A stretch of 64,000 bases of DNA from an uncultured delta proteobacterium (GCA_963729715.1 CAVSPA010000006.1:96001-160000); one strand, 5' to 3'. Shown: positions 37,597-48,499, counted from the first letter of the stretch. The notes: a model not told the origin generated them from the letters alone. Translations and numbers: made by a program.

Positions 37597-40521
37597 TTAT
37601 TTCCGTGTGAGAAATGTTTTCTCCTGAGTTGCTGCTCGGAAGACGGCTTCAATGGCAATTGCTGTTACGGCAGCTCCATAGTCAAGGTCAATGTTGGCCA
37701 TCGTATCACGGCTATCATGATATCCGTGACGGCTGATATCATAATTCTCCATGAAAAGAACTACCGGTATGCCTGCATCAGTGAATATCTGGGCATCTGT
37801 ATTATAAAGCGTACTCTTGGGATCACGGGGCAGACGGATTTCACCATCAAGTTTCGGGTGTAACGCAATTTCCGGGACCGTCTTTTCATTGGAACTTCGC
37901 TTTCCCTGAGCACATCTGCTGCGGGACGGGCTCATATTCCAAATATCGGTAGAGGCGTTCCACATCTCATTGGCCATATGGGCCTGATAAGCCAACCATA
38001 ACGATTCCTCTCCAATGCCCGGAGATACTTGAAATTTGTCACGTTCACTCTCACTGTTATGTGCAACCATATCAAGAATAAACGCGCCCTGAATTTGTAC
38101 ATCCGAAAGGTCTTTTTCTCTATCATTTGATAAGCGCAATTTCAGTGTGCCCTCTATAAGATGTTGGCAGAGATTGCGTGCTCCGAGACAGTCTGAGGGG
38201 AATTCCTCGCCGGTGAGATGAATAAGCCAGATGTCGCAACCGAGCTTTCCCTCCTTGCTGAGTCCGCAAAAAATCGGAGCGGCGCGCATCAGCGCAGCGG
38301 TTGCGGAGTGGTTATCATCTGCCCCGGCCGACGCGAGACGCGCGCCGGAGCCGCCTTGCTCCTTATAATAAATATCTTCCATGTATGCCGTGTCGTAATG
38401 ATCGGCCATGATAACCGCCCGACGGCGATCACGTCCGGGAATCATGACCAGGAGATTTCGCTCCTCAAGTCGCCCCAACTGGTCATTAGCCCAACCTCCC
38501 CACCAGTCAAAGTCAAAATCAGTTTTCCATCGGAAAGGCAGGTCGCCGACCAGTGCCTTTCCCTGCATTCCGCATTCAGCGAGGACCCGCCTGTAGTAGG
38601 CAAGCAAGTAATTTCCAAGCCCTTCCAGATCTCGATGATGATGCTTCAGCATCCTTTGAGTCACGGCGTCTAGGATGCAGTCGGAATTGGCTTTGTTCCG
38701 ATATTTGCCGGTCGATAGATGAAGGATATCCTGCCAATACCGCACTTCAAAAGAACGAACAGCAGTGCGGCCAAAAGTCAGCGAGGCCGACAGTCCTTTC
38801 TTTCCCGAAACTGGCACAATCGGCTTTTTGTGTTCGATCTGATCCTGTAATCGATCGGCGAGCACTTGACCTTTTTCTCTGTCGCCCGCGATTTCCGGCA
38901 AAGATGCGAGCCATGCATCAAGAGTCCTACTTTCCGGCAGCATCAATATCTGTCTTGCAAAAGTGCGAGGAAGCTTTCTATTGCCGGTGAGTTTGTGCGC
39001 TTCCAGCAGATTCAGCGCTCTCGTAATTGTTTTTTGCTCATGTTTTTTATCTTTGAGAAGTTCGATGACGGCCATATGCGCGTTTCGTTTGTAAGGGCTC
39101 GGCCAGAGTTCGATTGGACGATCCGAATCAATATGCCGCTTTGCATTATAGGCAGTAAGATATCCCATAAGGGTATCATGAAGCACAGTCTGCTTATCCG
39201 CATTGTGCGGCACGCACGCTACGAGAGGGCGATGCCAGTAGACTTGGTATGAGCCTATGCACATCGGTGGATATTGAAATCTGTATCCAAACATACCGCC
39301 CTGATTGATTGACTTTATGGCGGCATCGATTTCGGCTCTTGCCGCGGTTGGGCCGTTGAGCAATAGTTGGTAGTCCTGAGTCCATATCTGGCTGTTGCGT
39401 GCCATGGGTTTGCCATACAGATCCAGGTCTTTGGGATTCGTACTGAAAAGCACGTTGGCGATATGATCCTGACGTCCTGGAGTCGCGAGCTCATCTTCGT
39501 AACGGTGCACCTTTGCCCAGCGATGGGTCCGCCGGAAGGTACTTCTAATCGGTCCGAAGTCTTCATTGGGTAAGGGATGGTTTTGCCGTGGTATGTGCAT
39601 CCAGCCGGACTGAGGCACACGCAGTCCATAAGGAGACTCATGACGCTCCACAAGACCCAGCAAGGGAATCTGGTTGGCCATCGTTAATTCACTTTGCATT
39701 TTGATATAACCGGGGACGCCCCAAAAAAGCAAGCTACCCGGGAAAGGCAGCAAGTTTAGTTCACCCGCTAAATATGCTCTTTTCAAATCGGCAGGAAGTC
39801 CCTTGAATGGTTCAAAGTTCAAAAGATATTTAACACCTTTCAATGACATTCCCCGATGCCAGGTCAAGGGCGATGCCCAAACCGGCCGCAGATTATCGTG
39901 TGGATCATCCTCCTCAAAAATGCGAAAGCCGGAACCATGGAGATCAGATAATTTCTCAAAGGGTTCGCCGTAGGCGGCATGGAGAAGTGTTCTAATAAAA
40001 TCCATTCCTCTTTCTGATGGTAGCTCACTGCCCTCAGAGGTGAAAAAACTCTTCCAAAAAGGACGGGCGGGCCCCTGCTCACTGCCGCCAAAGAATGTCC
40101 ACCGTCTCCTGCCCTTGTCGTCATGGGTGAGAGAAAGAGCAAGCGGCAGAAGCAAAACGAAGCGTTCATGATTTAACTTTCCCGCCTGCTTGGCAAGTTC
40201 CGGCGGCCAGTAAGGGTTATTGACCAATTTGCTCTTGGCAATGTGTTTAGCGGGTTCCCCGCGAGCCAGATGAACCAAAGACTCCAGAACCTGGCGGGCG
40301 ATATTTTCCAGCCCCGGACGCAATTCGTAATATTCTTCAAACTCTGTGACCGGGAAACCATAAGGGTTCTCTTCAGAGAAGAAGCCGTGTATCCTCCCGC
40401 CGTAAGGGCTGCAGCCTAAATGGATCGGCGGCATGAACTCAGAATAAGCCGCTATCGGGTGTTGCCCCCGTTCACCTGACGAACAACTTTTTATCAGACT
40501 CTTCCAACCCATGAGTGGCAT
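37597..40521 (-). CDS. Large protein with C-terminal M28 metallopeptidase domain
   Basis: ADHYDT, GADDNHSA, GEE, DMV, YHD ligands; long unassigned N-terminus. Confidence 0.82.
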   Translation of the reverse strand: MPLMGWKSLIKSCSSGERGQHPIAAYSEFMPPIHLGCSPYGGRIHGFFSEENPYGFPVTEFEEYYELRPGLENIARQVLESLVHLARGEPAKHIAKSKLVNNPYWPPELAKQAGKLNHERFVLLLPLALSLTHDDKGRRRWTFFGGSEQGPARPFWKSFFTSEGSELPSERGMDFIRTLLHAAYGEPFEKLSDLHGSGFRIFEEDDPHDNLRPVWASPLTWHRGMSLKGVKYLLNFEPFKGLPADLKRAYLAGELNLLPFPGSLLFWGVPGYIKMQSELTMANQIPLLGLVERHESPYGLRVPQSGWMHIPRQNHPLPNEDFGPIRSTFRRTHRWAKVHRYEDELATPGRQDHIANVLFSTNPKDLDLYGKPMARNSQIWTQDYQLLLNGPTAARAEIDAAIKSINQGGMFGYRFQYPPMCIGSYQVYWHRPLVACVPHNADKQTVLHDTLMGYLTAYNAKRHIDSDRPIELWPSPYKRNAHMAVIELLKDKKHEQKTITRALNLLEAHKLTGNRKLPRTFARQILMLPESRTLDAWLASLPEIAGDREKGQVLADRLQDQIEHKKPIVPVSGKKGLSASLTFGRTAVRSFEVRYWQDILHLSTGKYRNKANSDCILDAVTQRMLKHHHRDLEGLGNYLLAYYRRVLAECGMQGKALVGDLPFRWKTDFDFDWWGGWANDQLGRLEERNLLVMIPGRDRRRAVIMADHYDTAYMEDIYYKEQGGSGARLASAGADDNHSATAALMRAAPIFCGLSKEGKLGCDIWLIHLTGEEFPSDCLGARNLCQHLIEGTLKLRLSNDREKDLSDVQIQGAFILDMVAHNSESERDKFQVSPGIGEESLWLAYQAHMANEMWNASTDIWNMSPSRSRCAQGKRSSNEKTVPEIALHPKLDGEIRLPRDPKSTLYNTDAQIFTDAGIPVVLFMENYDISRHGYHDSRDTMANIDLDYGAAVTAIAIEAVFRAATQEKTFLTRK

Positions 40522-40738
40522 TTTATTTTTCTCACTTGTCCCGCGAAGTTTGCCACAGTTGTAACAGATTTTTCCTGATGTTGCATCTTGATTATTGCCA
40601 TGAGAATTTCCGTATGCTCACTGTAAGATCGGCCTTAACAGTTTCAGCTTTCCATAAGGAAGAGGGGTGAGGACATGGTACTCTCGATCTGTTAAAGTTG
40701 AATATCACAAACAACAAAAGCAGAAAGGAGAAGTGACC

Positions 40739-41051
40739 ATGTCCGAGAGAGATTATAACAGGCAGGCAGCCAGGCGTCAAAGGATCAGTAAAGCGGGTAG
40801 TCGGGGTGGATGTCGGCAAGGCATTCAATGCAGTGGGATTTATGAACAAGGACGGCAATGTATTGGGCAGCTATGCGAAGCTGTATAACAACCGGGAAGG
40901 GTTTGAGCAGTTTGTAAAGATGATTGAAGGGCTCAAAGCGAAGCATCGTCTCAGAGACGTCCTTATCGGGATGGAGCCGACGGGGCATTACTGGAGGAAG
41001 CTTGCCTATTTCGCGAAAGAGCATGGCTATAAGGAAGCCGCCATTATTTAA
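40739..41051 (+). pseudogene. IS110-family transposase N-terminal fragment
   Basis: MSERDY... frameshift near 40797 into VVGVDVGK...IGMEPTGHYW; truncated. Confidence 0.85.
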
Positions 41052-41147
41052 ATGAATCTTCCCGATTTCTCCACCCTTGCAGTCAACAATCGTTGAGAAA
41101 GTAAAAGGTAGAGCCAGTCTTGACTCTGCCTTCGCATCCGATTTTTC

Positions 41148-41281
41148 TTGACTTTGCGACGCAACTGCCTTAGGCTACGCGCACAGGAAGCGCCGCCTAG
41201 TAGGCTGCTTAATGATCAACGCAGACATTTTGAAGTGCGAGAAATAGCCGCCATGCTCTTCGGAATTTTGGCGGCTATTTT
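41148..41281 (+). promoter_or_regulatory. Sigma70 promoter and leader with terminator-like hairpin
   Basis: TTGACT-17 nt-TAGGCT; AAATAGCCGCCA...TGGCGGCTATTTT. Confidence 0.55.
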
Positions 41282-41306
41282 ATGTCTGTATTAAAAGGAG
41301 ATCCTG

Positions 41307-41954
41307 TTGCTGAAAAAATATCGATATATGCTGACTGGTAAGATTGAAGGTTCTTTTTATCACCTCATCCGCGCCTACAGCTGGACATTTCGACTACACA
41401 TCGAAAACGAGAAGCCCTGGCAGGAGTATCTGCAGAATGGCGGCCGGGTTCTCTTGTGCTGCTGGCACCAAATCTTCTTCTCTGCCATACGCCACTTCAA
41501 GACCTATGCCTCGTATCATCCCGCGCTGATGATCAGCCAGAGCAAAGACGGCGACATCGTCGCCGGTATCGCCGAGAAATCCGGCTGGCATGCAGTGCGG
41601 GGATCATCCTCACGAGATGGGGGCCGCGCCCTGAAAGAAATGATTGCTCACCTGAGATTATCGGGTCTTGCCGCTCACGTCGTGGACGGTCCGAAGGGGC
41701 CGGCCGGGGTCATCAAGGCCGGGGTGGTCAGCCTGGCGCGAGCCACCGGCGCCGTTGTTGTTCCAATCTACGCGACATCCGACCGTGCCTGGTATTTTAA
41801 CAGCTGGGATCACTTCATGCTGCCGAAGCCTTTTGCGAGAGTGAACCTGCGCTTTGGCGAGATGCTGGATCTCACCTCCGGGGCGAGCGACAAGGATTTT
41901 GAACTCCAACGCGTCCGACTCCAGGAGATCATGCAACCCGGCCTACTCACTTGA
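41307..41954 (+). CDS. DUF374 / lysophospholipid acyltransferase family protein
   Basis: WHQ, ISQSKDG, RGSSSRDG, DGPKGP, SWD.F.LPKPF. Confidence 0.9.
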   Translation: MLKKYRYMLTGKIEGSFYHLIRAYSWTFRLHIENEKPWQEYLQNGGRVLLCCWHQIFFSAIRHFKTYASYHPALMISQSKDGDIVAGIAEKSGWHAVRGSSSRDGGRALKEMIAHLRLSGLAAHVVDGPKGPAGVIKAGVVSLARATGAVVVPIYATSDRAWYFNSWDHFMLPKPFARVNLRFGEMLDLTSGASDKDFELQRVRLQEIMQPGLLT

Positions 41955-42060
41955 TCCGTGCCTTGCCCTTAAATTCTTGTAATCTTCACAACCCGATTTT
42001 ACACCTTCATTATAGATTTTAAATGGTATTCATGGTAGCTTGTGTTTACAAAAGGAAAAT

Positions 42061-43410
42061 CGTACTGTCAATTTGATTGTGTGAATTTTTCATAGGCCAC
42101 TTCTTGAAAGAAGGGCAGGTTCTTTTGCACTTTTCCTACGGGGTTTGATCTCCAATGCAGTTCCATTTTTAAAGAGATAAAGGCCAGAAGACGATAGCAG
42201 GCAGACTCTCCGGCCAATATCTCCATGGACTTTGTTCTCCGTTTAAATTCCTTGTTCAGCCGTTCAATGATATTTGTGGTTCTCAATGAAATCCACTCTT
42301 CCTTGGGGAAGTTGAAAAAAGATAAACATGCGTCAATGGATCTTTCTAAACAACTTACGGCAGAAGGGATATCCTTCTCCCATTTTCTTTTGAAGATTTC
42401 AAAAAATTCCAGCGCCGTCTCCTTCGAAGAGGCATAGAAAATGGTTCTTACATCATTCGCCACAGCCTGTTTCAGTTTCTTAGGCACCTTCACCAGAACA
42501 TTCCGGGCAACATGGACCTGGCAGCGTTGGACCTTGGCCTTGGGAAATTCTTCTTCAAAGACAGATTCCAGTCCTGATAAACCATCCATGATCCCCAAGA
42601 CGACTCTCTGGCCATCCAATCCACGAACTTTCAAATCCTTGAAGAATTCCCTCCAGGAGGAAGCAGACTCTTTGTCCCCGGCCTGCAAACCCACAACCAG
42701 CTTGTTACCTCCTTCTGTAACACCAATGGCCACCAGAACAGGTATTAACTCAATGCTTCTTCCCACACGCATACGGAAATTCACACCATCCACAAAGAGA
42801 TATTTGATGGGTTCCTGGGATAGATCTCTCATCCTCCACTTCTCAACGGCCTCTGTCAGATCAGTATTTGCGTGGCTGATCTCTGTATGGGAAATACGCC
42901 GCCCGATCAATCTACGGGAGATCATGGAAAGACTCCGGGTACTGATTCCCGTTAAAAACATCAGGCTTAAATCCCGGCTTATCTCTTCCTCGTACTGCTT
43001 GCTCCGGGGAATAACATTGGTCTTAAAATCACCCTCCCGGTCTCGGGGAATTTTGACCTGTACCTCCCCAATGTCTTTTAATGTGAAGCTACGATCATAG
43101 GTGCCATTGCGATGATTTACCTCGCCCTTACCACGTTCATAGGGTTCTCTCCCCAGAAAATGGGTGAGCTCCGCATTCATCAGCGCTGTCAGATATTGCC
43201 CAACGGTCTTTTTGATGTCCAATCGCACCATCTCAAAAAGTTGCTCCGGCTGCTCCTGAATCTCCTTGAAAATCTCCTTAACTTCGGTTACTGTAATTTC
43301 CAGTTTCATGGCGCTTTCTCCTTTCTCTCAGGTTTTGGGATAAACCCTTGTAAAGGAAAAGCGCCTTTTTTTCTACCCTTTGAAATTCACACAAATTATT
43401 TTACACTGCC
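42061..43410 (-). mobile_element. IS256-family insertion sequence, apparently complete
   Basis: 28 bp imperfect terminal inverted repeats; GGAAAAT duplicated at 42054-42060 and 43411-43417. Confidence 0.9.
42068..43309 (-). CDS. IS256 family transposase
   Basis: RNG, PRDR, GISTR, FVDG, DGLSG, QRCQVH, TTN.IERLN.E.KRR. Confidence 0.96.
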   Translation of the reverse strand: MKLEITVTEVKEIFKEIQEQPEQLFEMVRLDIKKTVGQYLTALMNAELTHFLGREPYERGKGEVNHRNGTYDRSFTLKDIGEVQVKIPRDREGDFKTNVIPRSKQYEEEISRDLSLMFLTGISTRSLSMISRRLIGRRISHTEISHANTDLTEAVEKWRMRDLSQEPIKYLFVDGVNFRMRVGRSIELIPVLVAIGVTEGGNKLVVGLQAGDKESASSWREFFKDLKVRGLDGQRVVLGIMDGLSGLESVFEEEFPKAKVQRCQVHVARNVLVKVPKKLKQAVANDVRTIFYASSKETALEFFEIFKRKWEKDIPSAVSCLERSIDACLSFFNFPKEEWISLRTTNIIERLNKEFKRRTKSMEILAGESACYRLLAFISLKMELHWRSNPVGKVQKNLPFFQEVAYEKFTQSN

Positions 43411-43549
43411 GGAAAATATAAGATGACTTGGTCACTTCCCCTCCAATGCTTATCATAAACTTCTATCGCTTATTCTAACCAACCTCTTTTCTCAAAAGAG
43501 ATGAGCAATCTTCTTTTCCGAACGCTATTCAACTTCTTGAGGGTTTAAT

Positions 43550-46500
43550 ATGGAAGACAAGAATAAAACTAAAGAACAACTAATCGAAGAACTCAATGAA
43601 CTGCGTCAATGCGTGGCTGAATTGAAAGGTTCTGCAGAGGAAATTAAGCGAGCAAGAGTTAATCAAGAGAAGTTCACAGAAGCTTTTCTGCAGAATTCAA
43701 TTCCCGTGGGCATCACTACATTAAAGGAAGGCAGATTTGTCGATGTCAGCAATGCTTTCCTTAAACTCATGGGACGTAAACGGGAAGAAGTGGTCGGATA
43801 TACATCGATAGATATCGGATTTATTACCGAAGAGCAGAGAGTTACATTTTTCGATGAATTAAATAAGAAAGGTCGAGTCGAAAACCTCGAAATGAAAGTC
43901 GGAACAGAAGGCGGAGCGTTGAGAGATGGATTATTCAATGCCGTCACGATGAATCTTCATGATGAAGGGTATTTGCTGACTGTCATGACAGACATCTCCG
44001 AGCGGAAGCGTATGGAGGAAACGTTAATAGAGAGCGAAGGGCGGCTTATGCAGGCACAGGCTATCGCTCATCTCGGAAGCTGGGAGATTGATCTGACAAA
44101 TCAGACGATGTGGGCATCGGAAGAAGCCTTCCGTATCTATGGCATAGAATACACCGGGCCTGCATCTGCCTACATGCCCCTGGCAGAAGCTCAAGAAGTC
44201 GTTCATCCGGAAGACCGTCCGAGAATGGACAACGCGTTAAAGGCGCTATTGCAGGAAAATAGGATATATGATCAGGAATTTCGGATATTCCGGGCCAACG
44301 ATGGCGAATTGAGGGTGATCCATTCACGGGCAGATCTATTATTTTCAGAAGAAAGACTTCCAGTGAAGGTATTCGGAACAATACAAGATATTACCGACCG
44401 CAAGCAGGCAGAGGAAAAGTTACGGGAGAGCGAGGAGAGATACAGGCATCTTGTCAAGCATGCGCCTGCTGGTATCTACGAGGTCGATTTTACAACGCTG
44501 AAGCTGTTGAGCGTAAACGATGCAATGTGTCGGTACACAGGCTATACCAGAGAAGAATTTCTGTCGATGGACCCCATGCAATTGCACACCGAGGAAAGTC
44601 TGAAATCCCTTATACAAAGGCATGCCAACATTCTTGCAGGAGAGCCGGTCCCGGACAGTATCGAATATCAGCTGAAGCGCAAGGATGGCAGTGAGTTCTG
44701 GGCTCTTCTCAATAACCGCTTCTCCTACGGACCGAACAATCGGATCACTTCGACGGTCATCGTGCATGACATCACTGAGAGCAAGAGGGCGCAGGACGCA
44801 CAGATAGAGCAGCTCAACTTTCTGCAAGTGCTCATGGATACCATTCCGATTCCAGTATTCTTCAAGGACACCAAGGGTATTTACCTGGGATGCAATCGGG
44901 CTTGTGAGACCTTCTTTGGCCCAAGAGATCAATTGGTCGGGAAGACTGTATATGATGTCTCGCCAAAAGATATTGCAGACGTCTATTACCGAGCCGACCT
45001 CGAATTATTTAACAATCCCGGTATTCAAATTTATGAGACTGTCGCCACCGACAAGACAGGAGCAAGGCACAATGTCATTTTTGACAAAGCCACATATCAG
45101 GATAAGAATGGAAATCTGGCTGGGTTGATCGGAGCAATAGTCGACATTACCGACCGCAAGCGGGCGGAGGATGCCCTGCAGGCGAGTGAGGAAAAATACC
45201 GGGCCATCATCGAAAATATGCAAGAGGGCTACCATGAAGTAGACCTCAATGGTAACTTTACGTTCGTCAACGAGTCGACGTGCAGGATGTTGGGCTATGA
45301 GAGAGAAGAGTTGTTGGGGATGAATTACCGCCAATATGCGGATGAAGAAGATAACCGCAAGGTCTATCAAGTTTACAACCGGGTTTACCAAACCGGCGAA
45401 CCGGTAGAGAACTTTGAGTGGCAGATTATTAGGAAGGACGGAGATCGCAGAGACATCGAAGTTTCCATTTCACTCATCAGAGACATGGATGATAATCCGA
45501 CCGGATTCCGGGGCATCGTACGCGACACCACCGACCGCAAGCGGGCGGAACAGGAACTAGAAAAAGCGGAAAAAAGATACCGTAGCATCTTCGAAAACGC
45601 CATGGAAGGAATTTACCAGAGCACACCAGGTGGACGTTTTCTCCAGGTGAATCCTGCAATGGCGAGAATCTATGGCTACGACTCCCCTGATGATATGGAG
45701 CACAGCGTCACGGACATTGCCAAACAGGTGTACGTGAATCCGGATGATAGGAAGTATCTGAAAGAAATACTTGAAAAGAATGACCACATTGAAAAGAATG
45801 AATATCAGGTACGCAGAAAAAATGGAGATGAAATCTGGGTTTCCAATAATGCCCGCGCGGTGCGTGATAACGACGAGAATATCCTGTATTTCGAAGGACT
45901 TGTACAAGATATTACCGAGCGCAAGCAGACGGAGGAGGCACTCAGGAAAAGTGAAGCAAATTTTCAGCGTATTTTTGATGAATCACCCATCGGGGCTGCC
46001 ATAGTTGCGCCTGATTACCGCTTCACCCGCGTGAACGAAGCCATGTGTCGCATGATGGGATATTCGCAGGAGGAATTCGCATCGCTGAGATTCCACGATA
46101 TCACTCACCCGGACCACCTGGGCAGTGATGCAGAACAGGTCCGGCGTCTGGCGTCAGGAGAGACAGAGAGGTACGAGACGGAAAAAAGGTATATCCGCAA
46201 AGACGGGAATATCATCTGGGGGAAGCTGTCGGTACAGGCGATAAGAGACGCAAGAGAACAGATTCTTTATTTTCTGCCGATGGTAGTGGATATCACCATA
46301 CGTAAAAAAATGGAAGAAACGCTAAAGGCAGAACGCGAACGCCTCGCCTCGATCCTCGATGGGATTCCCGTTCCAACATTAGTTATTGACCGCAAGCGTC
46401 ATGTTCTCCTATGGAACAGCAACAACGAAATATATACCGGTATTGCAAAGGAAGAAGTGTTGGGGAAGCCCTTGGATCTGAGTTCTATCTTTCGGGATAA

Positions 46501-47899
46501 AGTCTCTCCCACAGTGGCAGAATTAATAATGGAAATGGGAGACGAGGAATTGATCGCCAGATTCGGGATGCGTGGTTTGCGTAAAAGTGAAGTTCAACCG
46601 CACGCTTTCGAAAGTACAGGACGGATTTGGATTAGAGGAGAAGAAAAGGTCATCATCGTACAGGCAGCGAGGATTTTTGATACCAATGGAAAAGTAGTCG
46701 GTGCCATTCAAACAGCGCAGGACATTACGGATCGCACCCGGCTTGAGGCGCAATTGCGTCAGGCCCAGAAGATGGAAGCCATCGGGACACTTGCCGGCGG
46801 AATTGCCCACGACTTTAACAATATTCTCAGCGCAGTTTTAGGCTATACGGAAATGGCCCTTGGGGAACCCAAGCTGGACAGCCATCTCCGGCGTTATCTT
46901 GATCAGGTATTCAAGGCTGGAGAGCGGGCAAGAGACCTGGTGAAACAGATACTCTCCTTCAGCCGCCAGAGCGACGAAAGACCGCGCCCCCTGAGGGTCA
47001 GCCCCATCGTAAAAGAAGTAATGAAGCTCCTCAGGGCATCCCTGCCATCGACAATAAGGATACGCCAGGATGTCCAATCCGAACCGGACACAGTGCTGGC
47101 GGATCCCGCTCAGATCCATCAAATACTGATGAATCTCTGTACCAACGCAGCATACGCCATGCGAGGGAGACAAGGCGAATTGAAAATGAGTCTCATCCCG
47201 ATGAATGTCGAACCGCCAGACGATCTGATTATTCATCATGACCTATTCCCTGGCAGGTATCTCAAATTGACCGTAGGCGATACGGGGGTCGGTATAGATA
47301 AAGAGATCATGGGCCGGATATTTGATCCCTTTTTTACAACCAAAAAACTAGGTGAGGGAACCGGCCTGGGGCTTTCCGTAGTCTATGGCATCGTAAAAAG
47401 CTATGGAGGCGCAATTACCGTGCAAAGCGAGATGGGAAAAGGGACCGAATTCAACGTATACCTCCCCTTGCTGACTGAAATTGAGAGTAAACAGGAAGCG
47501 AAGGTCGAGGTGCCTATTCCTGGAGGGAAAGAGCGCATCCTTTTTGTGGATGATGAGGCAGCCCTGGTTCAGCTTGCAACGGACATATTGAGCGCTCTGG
47601 GGTATGAAGTTACAGGCAGGACAAGCAGCTTGGATGCCTTGGAACTCTTTCGGACCCGCCCTGACAGTTTTGACCTTGTGATCACTGATATGACCATGCC
47701 GAACATGACGGGAAGTGAACTTGCCCAGCAGCTCATGCGCATCCGTCCCGATATCCCCGTCATCCTCTGCACTGGATTCAGTGAAGCAGTGACACTGGAA
47801 AAGGCACGGGCGATCGGTGTGAAGGAGTTTATCATGAAACCCATTGTTCAGCGTCAGATAGCTGAAGCCATAAGGCGCGTGCTAGATAAGAAGGAATAG
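43550..47899 (+). CDS. Cytoplasmic multi-PAS hybrid histidine kinase
   Basis: About eight PAS repeats, GIAHDFNN, GTGLGL, C-terminal receiver (VDDE, TDMTMP, KP). Confidence 0.94.
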   Translation: MEDKNKTKEQLIEELNELRQCVAELKGSAEEIKRARVNQEKFTEAFLQNSIPVGITTLKEGRFVDVSNAFLKLMGRKREEVVGYTSIDIGFITEEQRVTFFDELNKKGRVENLEMKVGTEGGALRDGLFNAVTMNLHDEGYLLTVMTDISERKRMEETLIESEGRLMQAQAIAHLGSWEIDLTNQTMWASEEAFRIYGIEYTGPASAYMPLAEAQEVVHPEDRPRMDNALKALLQENRIYDQEFRIFRANDGELRVIHSRADLLFSEERLPVKVFGTIQDITDRKQAEEKLRESEERYRHLVKHAPAGIYEVDFTTLKLLSVNDAMCRYTGYTREEFLSMDPMQLHTEESLKSLIQRHANILAGEPVPDSIEYQLKRKDGSEFWALLNNRFSYGPNNRITSTVIVHDITESKRAQDAQIEQLNFLQVLMDTIPIPVFFKDTKGIYLGCNRACETFFGPRDQLVGKTVYDVSPKDIADVYYRADLELFNNPGIQIYETVATDKTGARHNVIFDKATYQDKNGNLAGLIGAIVDITDRKRAEDALQASEEKYRAIIENMQEGYHEVDLNGNFTFVNESTCRMLGYEREELLGMNYRQYADEEDNRKVYQVYNRVYQTGEPVENFEWQIIRKDGDRRDIEVSISLIRDMDDNPTGFRGIVRDTTDRKRAEQELEKAEKRYRSIFENAMEGIYQSTPGGRFLQVNPAMARIYGYDSPDDMEHSVTDIAKQVYVNPDDRKYLKEILEKNDHIEKNEYQVRRKNGDEIWVSNNARAVRDNDENILYFEGLVQDITERKQTEEALRKSEANFQRIFDESPIGAAIVAPDYRFTRVNEAMCRMMGYSQEEFASLRFHDITHPDHLGSDAEQVRRLASGETERYETEKRYIRKDGNIIWGKLSVQAIRDAREQILYFLPMVVDITIRKKMEETLKAERERLASILDGIPVPTLVIDRKRHVLLWNSNNEIYTGIAKEEVLGKPLDLSSIFRDKVSPTVAELIMEMGDEELIARFGMRGLRKSEVQPHAFESTGRIWIRGEEKVIIVQAARIFDTNGKVVGAIQTAQDITDRTRLEAQLRQAQKMEAIGTLAGGIAHDFNNILSAVLGYTEMALGEPKLDSHLRRYLDQVFKAGERARDLVKQILSFSRQSDERPRPLRVSPIVKEVMKLLRASLPSTIRIRQDVQSEPDTVLADPAQIHQILMNLCTNAAYAMRGRQGELKMSLIPMNVEPPDDLIIHHDLFPGRYLKLTVGDTGVGIDKEIMGRIFDPFFTTKKLGEGTGLGLSVVYGIVKSYGGAITVQSEMGKGTEFNVYLPLLTEIESKQEAKVEVPIPGGKERILFVDDEAALVQLATDILSALGYEVTGRTSSLDALELFRTRPDSFDLVITDMTMPNMTGSELAQQLMRIRPDIPVILCTGFSEAVTLEKARAIGVKEFIMKPIVQRQIAEAIRRVLDKKE

Positions 47900-47946
47900 C
47901 TGCAGGCAGAGTAGTGCCGCCCCGCAAGTTTTATGCGATTCAAACT

Positions 47947-47981
47947 AAAAAAGGCAGAGCCATTTCTGGCGCTGCCTTTTT
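47947..47981. terminator. Bidirectional terminator-like hairpin
   Basis: AAAAAAGGCAG...CTGCCTTTTT between convergent genes. Confidence 0.6.
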
Positions 47982-48028
47982 GTCGATAAGATTAGAAGAT
48001 GCAGTGAAGCAAATTACCTTCACCCCTC

Positions 48029-48358
48029 TTAGTATCTGCGACCACCTCCACCGAATCCGCCTCTTGATCCTCCACCACCTCGGCCGGAATCTCTTCTCGG
48101 ACCTCCCTCTCTCTTGGGTTTGGCCTCATTCACAACAATTACATTGCCGTCAAGCTTTCCACCGTTGAACATTTCAATGGCTTTACGCGCGCCTTCCTCG
48201 GTTTCCATTTCCACGAATCCGAATCCCTTGGACTGCTTCGTGTAATTGTCTTTGATAACATTCACTGTAGTTACTGTTCCCGCCGTAGCGAAATTTTCCT
48301 TTAGGACATCTTCGGTAGCATTCGCCGTAAGATTGCCTACATATAAATTCTTATTCAT
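48029..48358 (-). CDS. RRM RNA-binding protein with Gly-rich tail
   Basis: LYVGNL (RNP2), KGFGFVEM (RNP1). Confidence 0.95.
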   Translation of the reverse strand: MNKNLYVGNLTANATEDVLKENFATAGTVTTVNVIKDNYTKQSKGFGFVEMETEEGARKAIEMFNGGKLDGNVIVVNEAKPKREGGPRRDSGRGGGGSRGGFGGGGRRY

Positions 48359-48499
48359 TTATTTTTCCTCTCATTTTAATTGTTAATGGTTCTTATGAAC
48401 CCCGCGTCAACGATCACCGGTACGCAGGATCATTGGCAAAAACAAAAAGGCACTCACACTATTATATTTCGGAGTGCCTCTTGTTTGGTTCCCGTGAGC

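Noticed and set aside
40521..40600. M28 gene truncated by the IS110 remnant
   Set aside because: Usable ATG at 40521 or 40512 and nothing domain-like upstream
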